Source: an uncultured virus (IMG/VR IMGVR_UViG_3300023231_000362)
Lineage: Duplodnaviria > Heunggongvirae > Uroviricota > Caudoviricetes
Reading direction: 5' to 3' (one strand)
IMG/VR virus record: IMGVR_UViG_3300023231_000362
Length of the DNA: 64,000 nt
Positions 10,493 through 20,300 of the stretch are shown in pieces (the stretch's first letter is position 1; every line of letters begins with the position of its first letter). A model generated the notes under the pieces. It did no database searches and was not told the origin of the DNA. It was given only the letters and a program-made list of their open reading frames with translations. The translations under genes were made by a program, and so were the position numbers.

Positions 10493-11062
10493 ATGCCTAA
10501 AATTGCCGACTTAGCAGTTACGCCGAATCCAAACGCTAGGAAATTCGTACTCAAAGAACCTATAACCTATGGTGTGGCCAAGTCATATGAGTCAGCGGAA
10601 GAAGCGGTTGGGGATGAACTTGCGTCTAGTTTGTTTCAAATAGAGAGTGTGGTATCTGTTTTTTATGTCGATAATTGGATTACGGTGACGCAAGACGGCA
10701 GTGCTGATTGGAAAGATTTGATGCGCTCTTTGGCCGAACCAATTCGTTTGGCCCCTGTTGCAACTCAGGTTTCGGAGGAAGCATCGAAAACTGCCACATG
10801 GCTTCAAACGGATGAATCCAGTCTTTCCGAAACGGAACGGGCTCAGCTTGTGCAAATCAATGAATTGCTAGATGACCGTGTGAGGCCATACCTTCAAAGT
10901 GATGGCGGTGATCTCTATGTTGTAGGCTTAGAGGATAACGTTTTAAGTGTCCATTATCAGGGCGCATGTGGTAGTTGCCCCAGTTCCTTATCTGGAACAC
11001 TCGCTGGTATTGCCAGTTTAGTAAGGGAAATCGATCCTAACATCGAAGTTGTAGCGGTATAA
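10493..11062 (+). CDS. Nfu/NifU-family Fe-S carrier (Nfu_N plus NifU C-terminal domain)
   Basis: [10 protein letters not shown]-domain; VRPYLQSDGGD and YQGACGSCPSS (CxxC). Confidence 0.93.
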   Translation: MPKIADLAVTPNPNARKFVLKEPITYGVAKSYESAEEAVGDELASSLFQIESVVSVFYVDNWITVTQDGSADWKDLMRSLAEPIRLAPVATQVSEEASKTATWLQTDESSLSETERAQLVQINELLDDRVRPYLQSDGGDLYVVGLEDNVLSVHYQGACGSCPSSLSGTLAGIASLVREIDPNIEVVAV

Positions 11063-11137
11063 GCTAGAACTGAATGACTTGAGCAACTGGCTAATTTTTC
11101 TGTTTAATTTTATTTCTACTTGTGTTATAATCTATCT

Positions 11138-11761
11138 ATGATTATAGGAATATGTGGGCTGATTGGAACCGGCAAAGACACCGTTGCAGATTACTTGGTA
11201 AATTTTCATGGTTACAGACGTGATAGTTTTGCTAACCCACTTAAAGATGCTGTTAGTACAATATTTGGTTGGGATAGAGATCTTGTGGAAGGCCGTACAA
11301 CAATGGCTCGCCAATGGCGTGAGCAAGTTGACGAATGGTGGTCGCAAAGACTAGGCATACCCAACTTAACTCCTCGTTATGTCTTACAACAGTGGGGTAC
11401 CGAAGTTGTGCGTAAGAGCTTTCACGATGATACCTGGATTGCAAGTTTAGAAAACAAAATACGTAAAAGTAAAGACGACTCTGTTATTACAGATTGTAGG
11501 TTTCCTAACGAGATAAAAATGATTAAAGGTCTGGGCGGCAAAGTTCTCCGTGTTAAACGTGGGGAAGATCCTGTATGGTACAATACCGCAATAGCCGCCA
11601 ATAACGGGGACAAACAAGCAGAGGATCAGATGCACACCCACTTTAAGGTACACATTAGCGAATGGGCGTGGGCAAGTGCAGACTTTAATTATACTGTATT
11701 AAACAACGGCAGTATAGATGAGCTATATGAAGTACTTAAAAATCTGGTAGTATCTCACTAG
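11138..11761 (+). CDS. Deoxynucleoside monophosphate kinase (T4 gp1-like)
   Basis: IIGICGLIGTGKDT P-loop, SFANPLKD, TPRYVLQQWGTE and ITDCRFPNE motifs. Confidence 0.9.
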   Translation: MIIGICGLIGTGKDTVADYLVNFHGYRRDSFANPLKDAVSTIFGWDRDLVEGRTTMARQWREQVDEWWSQRLGIPNLTPRYVLQQWGTEVVRKSFHDDTWIASLENKIRKSKDDSVITDCRFPNEIKMIKGLGGKVLRVKRGEDPVWYNTAIAANNGDKQAEDQMHTHFKVHISEWAWASADFNYTVLNNGSIDELYEVLKNLVVSH

Positions 11762-12083
11762 GTCGCCAACCTAGGTTCATATTACTTATATCAACTCCGC
11801 AATTTAAACACACACTGATTAGGTTACTCTTATTGTTGTTGCCTAAATCTCCATCCACGTGCCAGACCATAATTTGTGCCTTGCTTTTAGAGTTGAATCC
11901 GCACTTCTCACATTGACTCTTTTTCTTATATCCTGCTTGGTGCCACGCAGGTATTTTTGAAGGTTCTTTTCTACGAAGCCTAATACAAGAATCGCACCTA
12001 GATCTATAGTAAATCTTGTCGTGTTTTTTGTAGTTTACAGCTACTTGGTTCCTATTACAGGCTGGGCATATTCTGCGTTGCAT
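11736..12083 (-). CDS. Zn-finger / HNH-like small protein
   Basis: Four CxxC pairs; HVDGDLGNN..NL...CLNC. Confidence 0.65.
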   Translation of the reverse strand: MQRRICPACNRNQVAVNYKKHDKIYYRSRCDSCIRLRRKEPSKIPAWHQAGYKKKSQCEKCGFNSKSKAQIMVWHVDGDLGNNNKSNLISVCLNCGVDISNMNLGWRPSEILPDF

Positions 12084-12181
12084 GTAGTTATTTAATAGAT
12101 ACCTTTAAAAGGGCGACTAATAGGTGCCATTTTGCTTATAATCAATAAATACTACTAATTAACATATTGAGGATTATTACA

Positions 12182-15100
12182 ATGGCATTAATTTCACCTG
12201 GAGTAGATGTAACTGTTACTGACGAGAGTAACTATGCGCCAAATCAATTGGGGACTATCCCTTTAATTGTTTTAGCCACAGCACAGGACAAATTAAACAC
12301 TTCTAGCGTAACAGCAATAGCAACTACCGCCGCAAATGCAGGCAAGTTAGTAGCCGCTACAAGTCAGAGAGAATTAACAAGCCTATTCGGTACTCCAACA
12401 TTCTATAAGACAAGTTCAGGAACCCCTATTCATGGTTATGATATTAATGAATATGGATTGATGACTGCTTATAGTTTACTAGGTGTATCCAATAGAGTTT
12501 ATTGCATCAGAGCAAATGTAAACACAGCCGAATTAGTTGGAACAACAGTACGTCCTACTGGAAGCCCATCTAATGGAACTTATTGGTTAGATTTAACAGA
12601 CACTCTATGGGGCATTTTTGAATGGAATAGTGCTACACAGGCATTTACTAACAAAGTGCCTACAATTTTAGCAAGCACCTCAGATTTAAGTGGTGGTGTA
12701 CCTAAAACAAGTATTGGTAGCATTGGCGATTATGCCGTGGTTACAACAAATACAAACAATCCAATTTACTACAAGAAGTACAATAATACTTGGGTACTAG
12801 TAGGCAGCATAGGTTGGCAGACTTCTAGCCCAACTATTGCGGCAACAACTGCTAACCCAACACTAACTTCTTCAAACGCAGTTATCATTAACGGCTCAAC
12901 AGTTACGTTAACTGGAACAACAGTTTCTAGTTTGGTAAGCGATATTAATACTGCATCGGTTACTGGTATTACAGCATACGCTAGTGCCACAACCGGCATA
13001 CTGCATATTTTTGCAGACGCCACTACAACATCAGATGGCAGTACAGCAGACGGTGCAATTATTATTAGTAACAGTGTAGGAACCCCATTAGCAGATTTAG
13101 GCATCACAGCAGGTACGTTCTACAGACCAGCACTAGCTCAGACAGCTCATACAAGTGTTCCTACTTGGAAGACTAACGATACAGCTTCTAGACCAACAGG
13201 AAGTGTTTGGATTAAAACAACCACTGCTAATGTTGGTGCAAGTTTTGACGCTAGTGTTTACTCTAGCACAACAGATGCATTCTCAGCAGTAAGTGCTCCT
13301 GTTTACGAAAACGACCAGTCAGCAAACGCAACTCTGGATGCTACTGGTGGTGGTAAAAACATTGGTGCTAGTAGTGTTTACGTACAATACGATGCACTAG
13401 AAGATGACTCAGCTACTTACAAGCTATATAAGCGTTCAGCAACTGGTAGCACCACAATTACAGGTAGTGTTGCTAACCCAGTACTAACAGCCACTAACAC
13501 ATTTACTATTCAGCAGAGTGTGCCAGCCAGTAGCACACTAAGCACAGCACAAACAGTTACACTAAGTGGTACTGATGCGGCGTCTTTGGTGTCAGATCTA
13601 CTAGCATTAGGACTATCACAAATTACTGCTAGTGTAAACAGTGCAGGTAAAATTGTTATTAACCACACAGGTGGTGGCGTTATAGTATTAAAGAATACTG
13701 CAGGAACACCGTTAACAACTGCTGGTATTACAACTTCATTATCAAACGTTAAAGCGGGAAATAATTCAGACTTGGTTGCAAGTAACTGGATCCCATTAAC
13801 ATACACAGCAAGTTTAGCAGTACCAAGCGCAGATCCTGTAACAGGTACACTTTGGTACTATAACGCTGTTGATGATGTTGACATTATGATACATAACGGG
13901 ACAGACTGGAAAGGGTACCAGACACTAGCCGCTGATGCAAGGGGCTATGATTTAACTGCTACTGATCCAGATGGTGTTATTGTCGCCGCAAGTGAACCAA
14001 TTGCACAGTCAGATGCATCAGCACTAGTAAGTGGAGACCTTTGGTTAGATACAAGCGATTTAGAGAACTATCCTAACCTTTACAGATACGATGCTACTGA
14101 TTCTAATTGGACATTGATTGATAATTCAGATCAAACATCAGAGAACGGTATTTTGTTTGCAGATGCACGTTGGGACACAGACGGAACAACAAATCCAATT
14201 ACTGGTGACATCCCACTAATTACAAGTTTGTTGGCATCTAACTATACAGACTTAGATGTTCCAAGTGCCGCACTTTATCCACGTGGAACTTTATTGTTTA
14301 ATACACGTAGAAGTGGTTACTTAGTTAAAGAGTTTAAGAACGACTACTTTAATTCAGATGACTTTGCAGGATCTTTACCAACAATTAAAGATGCTTGGGT
14401 TAATAAGGCAGGCAACAAGTCAGACGGCTCACCTTACATGGGTAGAAAAGCAGTCAGACAGGTTGTGGTAGCCGCAATGAAGTCTGCATTAGACAGTAAC
14501 ACAGAGATCAGAGAAGAGCAACAGGTATATAACTTAATTGCCGCTCCTGGCTATGAAGAGTTAACTGCTAATATGATTAGTCTAAATAACGATAGACGTA
14601 ACACCGCATTTATTGTTGCAGACACCCCAATTAGACTTGCCCCAAGTGCTACTGAAATAAGCAACTATAATAATAACACTGGCACATGGTTCGGCGAAGG
14701 CGCAACATCAACTGATGCCTATGTTGGGTTATATTATCCATCAGGACAGAGTACTGATTTATCAGGTAGCACTATTGTTGTTCCACCAAGTCATATGGCA
14801 TTACGCACAATGATCAGAAGTGACGATGTGAGCTTCCCTTGGTTTGCACCAGCAGGTACGAAACGAGGTCTAGTTGACAACGCCACACAACTTGGTTATG
14901 TTAGTTCATCCACTGGTGAGTTTGTGTTAGCAGGCTTAACAGAAGGTGTAAGAGATAGTCTATATGAAAATAAGATTAATCCAATTACATTCCTTCCAGG
15001 AATTGGTTTAACAATTTATGGTCAAAAAACACGTGATCCAAACGCACCAAGTTCACTTGATAGAATTAATGTTGCAAGACTTGTTGTTTATATGAGAACT

Positions 15101-15382
15101 AACTTAAACACATTAGCAAAACCGTTTGTGTTTGAGCCCAACGACAAGTTAACTAGAGACGAAATTAAACAAATCGTCGAACAGTTATGTAACGACTTGG
15201 TTGCTAAGAGAGCATTAAGCGACTATGTTGTTGTATGTGATGAAACAAACAACACACCAGTTAGGATTGATAGAAACGAACTATACGTAGACGTTGCTAT
15301 TGAGCCAGTTAAGTCTGCTGAATTTATCTTTGTTCCAATTAGATTGAAGAACACAGGTGAGATTGCAGGAACTAGTGTATAA
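12182..15382 (+). CDS. Tail sheath protein (T4 gp18-like)
   Basis: MALISPGV start, FPWFAPAGTKRG, INPITF, RINVARL and FVFEPND motifs. Confidence 0.95.
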   Translation: MALISPGVDVTVTDESNYAPNQLGTIPLIVLATAQDKLNTSSVTAIATTAANAGKLVAATSQRELTSLFGTPTFYKTSSGTPIHGYDINEYGLMTAYSLLGVSNRVYCIRANVNTAELVGTTVRPTGSPSNGTYWLDLTDTLWGIFEWNSATQAFTNKVPTILASTSDLSGGVPKTSIGSIGDYAVVTTNTNNPIYYKKYNNTWVLVGSIGWQTSSPTIAATTANPTLTSSNAVIINGSTVTLTGTTVSSLVSDINTASVTGITAYASATTGILHIFADATTTSDGSTADGAIIISNSVGTPLADLGITAGTFYRPALAQTAHTSVPTWKTNDTASRPTGSVWIKTTTANVGASFDASVYSSTTDAFSAVSAPVYENDQSANATLDATGGGKNIGASSVYVQYDALEDDSATYKLYKRSATGSTTITGSVANPVLTATNTFTIQQSVPASSTLSTAQTVTLSGTDAASLVSDLLALGLSQITASVNSAGKIVINHTGGGVIVLKNTAGTPLTTAGITTSLSNVKAGNNSDLVASNWIPLTYTASLAVPSADPVTGTLWYYNAVDDVDIMIHNGTDWKGYQTLAADARGYDLTATDPDGVIVAASEPIAQSDASALVSGDLWLDTSDLENYPNLYRYDATDSNWTLIDNSDQTSENGILFADARWDTDGTTNPITGDIPLITSLLASNYTDLDVPSAALYPRGTLLFNTRRSGYLVKEFKNDYFNSDDFAGSLPTIKDAWVNKAGNKSDGSPYMGRKAVRQVVVAAMKSALDSNTEIREEQQVYNLIAAPGYEELTANMISLNNDRRNTAFIVADTPIRLAPSATEISNYNNNTGTWFGEGATSTDAYVGLYYPSGQSTDLSGSTIVVPPSHMALRTMIRSDDVSFPWFAPAGTKRGLVDNATQLGYVSSSTGEFVLAGLTEGVRDSLYENKINPITFLPGIGLTIYGQKTRDPNAPSSLDRINVARLVVYMRTNLNTLAKPFVFEPNDKLTRDEIKQIVEQLCNDLVAKRALSDYVVVCDETNNTPVRIDRNELYVDVAIEPVKSAEFIFVPIRLKNTGEIAGTSV

Positions 15383-15397
15383 TTAAAGTACGCATAT

Positions 15398-15421
15398 AAT
15401 GAGAGCCACTAGGCTCTCATT
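15398..15421 (+). terminator. Hairpin after the sheath gene
   Basis: AATGAGAGCC-ACTA-GGCTCTCATT. Confidence 0.6.
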
Positions 15422-15466
15422 AATGCAGTAGTATACGATAAATACTACTAATTAGGAGACAGAAAA

Positions 15467-16084
15467 ATGGCAGTAGCAAGTTTAAACAAATTTACGGTAC
15501 CTTTAGCTAGTGACCAATCAGCAAGTACACAAGGCTTGTTGATGCCAAAATTAAAGTATCGCTTTAGAGTGAGCTTTGAAAACTTTGGCATTACAACTCC
15601 ACGTAGTGAGCTAACAAAACAAGTTATAGATTTTATGCGACCAACAGTTTCACAAGAACGTATGGAAATTCCAATTTATAACTCTAGAATTTACTTAGGT
15701 GGACGCCCGACCTGGGAGACAACCACAGTTAACCTGCGTGATGACGCCCAGGGTAATGTTTCCAAACTAGTTGGCGAGCAGATGCAAAAGCAATATGACT
15801 TTATGGAACAGTCTAGTGCGGCATCAGGCATTGACTACAAGTTTATTACAAGATGTGAAATATTAGATGGTGGTAATGGTGCATTTACTCCAACATCATT
15901 AGAGACCTGGGAACTGTATGGCTGCTTTTTAACTAACGTAGCATACGGTGATGTATCATACGGTAGTGATGAACCAATAAGTATTCAGATGACAATTAGT
16001 TTTGACAACGCAATACAGACTCCACTTGGAACTGGTATTGGTACATTGGTTGGAAGAACAATAGGTCAGACAATTACAGGTTAA
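15467..16084 (+). CDS. Tail tube protein (T4 gp19-like)
   Basis: Follows the sheath gene; PKLKYRFRV, WELYGCF and ISFDNA motifs. Confidence 0.88.
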   Translation: MAVASLNKFTVPLASDQSASTQGLLMPKLKYRFRVSFENFGITTPRSELTKQVIDFMRPTVSQERMEIPIYNSRIYLGGRPTWETTTVNLRDDAQGNVSKLVGEQMQKQYDFMEQSSAASGIDYKFITRCEILDGGNGAFTPTSLETWELYGCFLTNVAYGDVSYGSDEPISIQMTISFDNAIQTPLGTGIGTLVGRTIGQTITG

Positions 16085-16105
16085 TTTTAGTATTTTAGCA
16101 GAATT

Positions 16106-16136
16106 AAAAAGCAGGGTATAAAACCCCTGTTTTTTT
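16106..16136. terminator. Likely bidirectional intrinsic terminator
   Basis: AAAAAGCAGGG-loop-CCCTGTTTTTTT. Confidence 0.7.
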
Positions 16137-16152
16137 ATGGATAAATAATAGT

Positions 16153-17406
16153 ATGGCAAATTTATTATCTGGAGTATTCCAAAAAGCGTTAGGATCAGCT
16201 AGTTCTGTTATTAAAGCAGGCACTGGGTTAAATGTTACTGACAGTTTGGGAAAGCAATTTAAAAGTTTAGCAGACGCCGCAACTACTGCTGATTATATTA
16301 AGGACTTCAAACACGGACAACGAATGTTTGGAGACAACAACTTTGCGCTGGCTCCAAAACACAGTGCTCTGTTCCATGTTAACATAGAGCTAAACCCAGC
16401 ATTTAATCCATTGACCAACGAAGAATCCATAGAGTTGGGTATGTTGGCAAAAAATGTAACATTGCCTGGATTTGCTTATGATACAGAGCAGTTACATGCG
16501 TATAACAGAAAAGTAAACATTCAGACTAAAGTTAATTACGATCCTGTTACGATAGAATTTCACGACGACACGATTAACTTAACAAAAAAGTTTCATGAGC
16601 TTTACCTTAAACATTACTTTAGAGACGATGACCACGAGAATGCTGTATATGATCCCAGTTTAAGTGTATATGGTAATAGAACAACTGACAAATGGGGTTA
16701 TAGCCAAGCTGGAGACGTACAGGGAAACTTTATTGCTAGGATAAATGTATATAGTTTAAGTCAAAAGACTTTTACACATTATGTTGTGGAAAACCCCATA
16801 ATACAATCATTTAAACATGGCAATCATAATTACTCAGGTGAGTCCTTTATGTCTAGCACAATGACGGTGATGCCTGAACAAATTAGGTACATTGGAGAAG
16901 GCATAGTAACAAGTGACCAAGTTAGAGGGTTTGGTATTATACATTATGATACTGTTCCGAGTCCACTACAATCATTGGGTGGCAGAGATACTATTATAGG
17001 CAAAGGTGGTGTGTTTAACACCATTGGCGGTATAGGTGATAAGATTGCATCTGGTAACTTCTTAAGTGCCGCCTTAGATGCATATAGGGCTCGTGATACT
17101 TTTAAAAATGCTGATCTTAAAAAAACAGCCCTAAGGGACATCACAGGCTTAGCCACAGACGTATTGCGTGGCAACAACACACAGGGAAAATACTTCTTTC
17201 CTTCAGTCAGCAACTTAGTCGATAAATTTGGCCCAAGCGAGGGCAAGTCTACACCTTCCAGCTCGTCGAATAGTGATATAGTCGGCTCAAGTCCTGCAGG
17301 ACAAAATGTAGGATCAGACAACAGTTTTGCTGAGAACAAAGATGCTCGCCGCAATGAACAAATAAACAGAGCGGCAGGACAAGCATCTAACATTAGAACT
17401 ATATAA
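16153..17406 (+). CDS. Tube-like baseplate protein (gp48/gp54-like)
   Basis: KNVTLPG, YNRKVNIQTKVNYDPVTIEFHDD tube-fold-like motifs; context. Confidence 0.55.
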   Translation: MANLLSGVFQKALGSASSVIKAGTGLNVTDSLGKQFKSLADAATTADYIKDFKHGQRMFGDNNFALAPKHSALFHVNIELNPAFNPLTNEESIELGMLAKNVTLPGFAYDTEQLHAYNRKVNIQTKVNYDPVTIEFHDDTINLTKKFHELYLKHYFRDDDHENAVYDPSLSVYGNRTTDKWGYSQAGDVQGNFIARINVYSLSQKTFTHYVVENPIIQSFKHGNHNYSGESFMSSTMTVMPEQIRYIGEGIVTSDQVRGFGIIHYDTVPSPLQSLGGRDTIIGKGGVFNTIGGIGDKIASGNFLSAALDAYRARDTFKNADLKKTALRDITGLATDVLRGNNTQGKYFFPSVSNLVDKFGPSEGKSTPSSSSNSDIVGSSPAGQNVGSDNSFAENKDARRNEQINRAAGQASNIRTI

Positions 17407-17415
17407 GGATTTCAA

Positions 17416-17778
17416 ATGGCAATACCATCCAATTTACCCAACCTTAAAGCAGAATCTACGCCCAATTACTTTAAAAACTTTTTTGTTAAGGAAGGCTACG
17501 TTACTGACAACCAATACGAAGCACTAATTGGATTGCTTATGAAAAGAACAGCGAACAAAGAGTCCGCTGAGAACTTAGCAGGAGCAATTATACAAGGCTC
17601 ATCCCAGCAAGACATCTCGTTTAACGAATTATTTGATTACATTAAAAAAGCAAATACCATAGAGTTAGATGCGTTTTTAGCTTTTTTCCTTAATAATACT
17701 CGTGTGGGAACTAGTTATCTTGGCATAAGTAATCCAGGAAATCAAAATCCATATGTCTTACGCACTATTTTGGTATGA
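17416..17778 (+). CDS. Hypothetical virion-associated protein
   Basis: ORF with AAGGA SD in the structural operon. Confidence 0.6.
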   Translation: MAIPSNLPNLKAESTPNYFKNFFVKEGYVTDNQYEALIGLLMKRTANKESAENLAGAIIQGSSQQDISFNELFDYIKKANTIELDAFLAFFLNNTRVGTSYLGISNPGNQNPYVLRTILV

Positions 17779-18209
17779 CCAAATATGCACAAGGCAAATT
17801 TCATCCAAAAAACGCAAAAAAATATTTAGGCAGACAATTACCAACTTACCGCAGTAGTTGGGAACAACGTTTTATGATGTTCTGCGACACTAATCCTAGT
17901 GTTATAAGTTGGGCCAGTGAGCCTGTTAAAATACCTTACTTTAATCCTGTTAAAAACAAGCAAACAATATACGTGCCAGACTTTTTAATAGAATATATAG
18001 ATAGGAACAAACAGAACCACAAAGAGTTAATTGAAATAAAACCCAGTAATCAAACACTGTTTGAAAAAACTCGCAGTCAGCGTAATAAAGTAGCCTGGGT
18101 CATTAATCAGGCAAAGTGGCAAGCCGCAGAAACGTGGTGCAATCACTACGGAATAGTATTCCGCATACTGGGTGAAAATGAACTGTTCCACAATGGACGC
18201 AGTAAATAA
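17775..18209 (+). CDS. Head completion nuclease (T4 gp4 / TnsA-like)
   Basis: YRSSWE, WASE, YVPDF, LIEIKP and NQAKWQAA motifs. Confidence 0.9.
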   Translation: MTKYAQGKFHPKNAKKYLGRQLPTYRSSWEQRFMMFCDTNPSVISWASEPVKIPYFNPVKNKQTIYVPDFLIEYIDRNKQNHKELIEIKPSNQTLFEKTRSQRNKVAWVINQAKWQAAETWCNHYGIVFRILGENELFHNGRSK

Positions 18210-18213
18210 AAGT

Positions 18214-18696
18214 ATGACAAAAAAGTTAGAAGAGATATTTAATATTACTACTGATGACGTTTCAGAAGAAGAATCAGAAAAGTCTATCCCGGTAAGGAAG
18301 GCGTTTATTGATGATATTAATAGTGCAATTGACAAGATAGACATAGCACTACCTAGGGTTAGAGACCTAGATGATACCAGCGATAGAGAGTTAGATGCCC
18401 TAGCAGACTTAGCGACAGACAAATTCAACGATCTAATGGATCTTGGTATGAATGTTGATAGTCGCTTCAGCGGTAACATATTTCAAACCGCCAGTCAGTT
18501 GCTAGGACATGCTATTACTGCCAAACAGGTTAAACTGGATCGCAAATTAAGAACTGTGGACTTGCAGATTAAAAAAATGCGTCTAGACCAGCAAAATCAG
18601 AAAGGTGGCACTAACGAAGACGCTGAAATAGAAGGCAAAGGTGTAGTGTTAGATAGAAATGCATTGCTCCAAGAAATACTCAAGAACAACAAATAA
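18214..18696 (+). CDS. Helical protein, possible terminase small subunit
   Basis: Coiled-coil character and position after gp4; function is a guess. Confidence 0.35.
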   Translation: MTKKLEEIFNITTDDVSEEESEKSIPVRKAFIDDINSAIDKIDIALPRVRDLDDTSDRELDALADLATDKFNDLMDLGMNVDSRFSGNIFQTASQLLGHAITAKQVKLDRKLRTVDLQIKKMRLDQQNQKGGTNEDAEIEGKGVVLDRNALLQEILKNNK

Positions 18697-18735
18697 AACT
18701 TACAAACCGTGCTAAATACGACATAAGGACCCATC

Positions 18736-19326
18736 ATGAAAACATTTATAGATTACTTAACAGAGGCCGCAGATAAGACATACGATTTTAAAATTAAATT
18801 GTGTTGCGAGCCTGACAAAGACAACCTAGATGCTATGGAGAATGTACTAAAAGCATACGACATGGTATCTATGGGTAAGCCAAAAAGGCTACCAGTTAAA
18901 GAACATCCAGGCGAATTTCCTAATAGAGGACCTATTGAAGTATACATTATTGACGCAAGTGTACGTATGCCTGTAACACCACCACAACTTAAAGAAATGC
19001 TGAAACAACGAGCTGGTATTAACGAAGCAGATTTGCTTGTGTATACCAAAGGTCAAGACGAGTCCTATGTCGCTGATCAAGGGCAAGAATCAGATGGTGC
19101 TCTATTAGGAAAAGATTATGACAAGTCAGACAACAGTGAATATGGTACAGAAAAGTTTAAGAACAGCATGTTGAAAGACCTAGAGCCTAGTATTAAACAT
19201 GAGTATGCAGATCCTAATACTGAGCGGGGTAAAACCACAAACGACCTTCCGATGGGTGTCCAGAGTCCTATGGGATCTACTGCAAATGCAAATAAGAAGC
19301 CAGAGCATAAAAGTTCTGCTAGGTAA
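18736..19326 (+). CDS. Probable internal head protein (N-terminus MKTFIDYLTEA)
   Basis: Capsid-targeting-like N-terminus; TAAATA at 18713. Confidence 0.6.
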   Translation: MKTFIDYLTEAADKTYDFKIKLCCEPDKDNLDAMENVLKAYDMVSMGKPKRLPVKEHPGEFPNRGPIEVYIIDASVRMPVTPPQLKEMLKQRAGINEADLLVYTKGQDESYVADQGQESDGALLGKDYDKSDNSEYGTEKFKNSMLKDLEPSIKHEYADPNTERGKTTNDLPMGVQSPMGSTANANKKPEHKSSAR

Positions 19327-19331
19327 GTGTC

Positions 19332-20300
19332 ATGAATAAACGAGAACTTACAAAAGACGAAACGCATGCAATAGCAACAAAAATGGCCAAGGAAGGCTTA
19401 AACGAAATCGAGGAGAATAGCGTGAGTAACAACGAAGAAGACGTCCAAGCCGAGGAAAGACAGAAAGACCTTACTTGGTTAGAAGACATTAAAAGATTAT
19501 CAGGTTTAGCTAACACATACGAAAACAGTGCAGGCGCAATGACTGAGTATAAGGTTGACGAATCTACTGACTCAGATGAAGAAGTAGTTACTGAAGAACA
19601 AAGCCCAGCACAGAAAGCGGCATTTCAAAAGATGCTAGATGCTAAAAAAGGCAAAAAGTCAGACGAAGATGTAGAAGAACAAGTAGAGAAAGCAAGTGGT
19701 GTAAGAGCAGACACGAAGGGCAAAGTAGACAAGTCCGAAAAGAAACACTACCATTGCAAACTTACTAAGGACAAAACGACAAGAGGCGTTCGCATGGTAG
19801 CAGACGAGGGCGAATCAGAAGCTGACGTTAAAGCAAGATGTAAGCGTGAGAACATGGGTTGGGAACTAAAAAGCATTAGAAAACTCGTCGAGTCTGTTGA
19901 AATGGAAGGCGAGAAAAAAGATCATGATGGAGATGGAGACATCGACAGCAATGATTACTTAGCCGCTAGAGGTAACGCCATTAAAGCCGCTATTGCTAAA
20001 AAGAAGGGCGATGTTGAAGAAGGACTAGCAGAGCTTGCTGACTTACTTTCACTTGCTGGGTTAAAAGGCAAAGTAGAGTTAGATGAACTTGCTAACAAGC
20101 CAGGGCAGGGAACAAAAGAGACTACAACATACAGTGTTTCAGATGTTATAGACCAAGGCAATGACTTACATGCCAAGTCTAAGCAATACGCAGATAAAGC
20201 AAAGTTGGGTGACAACCCAATGGCTACTGAAGAAGTAGACGTAGTTGAAAACAAACTTTGGAAAGCATATCAAGCAGAATTAGCAGGCGTTAAAAAATGA
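19332..20300 (+). CDS. Acidic scaffold / internal head protein with an EF-hand-like DHDGDGDIDSNDY motif
   Basis: E/K-rich, many xE-S/A/G sites, KRLSGL and SLAGL motifs. Confidence 0.55.
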   Translation: MNKRELTKDETHAIATKMAKEGLNEIEENSVSNNEEDVQAEERQKDLTWLEDIKRLSGLANTYENSAGAMTEYKVDESTDSDEEVVTEEQSPAQKAAFQKMLDAKKGKKSDEDVEEQVEKASGVRADTKGKVDKSEKKHYHCKLTKDKTTRGVRMVADEGESEADVKARCKRENMGWELKSIRKLVESVEMEGEKKDHDGDGDIDSNDYLAARGNAIKAAIAKKKGDVEEGLAELADLLSLAGLKGKVELDELANKPGQGTKETTTYSVSDVIDQGNDLHAKSKQYADKAKLGDNPMATEEVDVVENKLWKAYQAELAGVKK

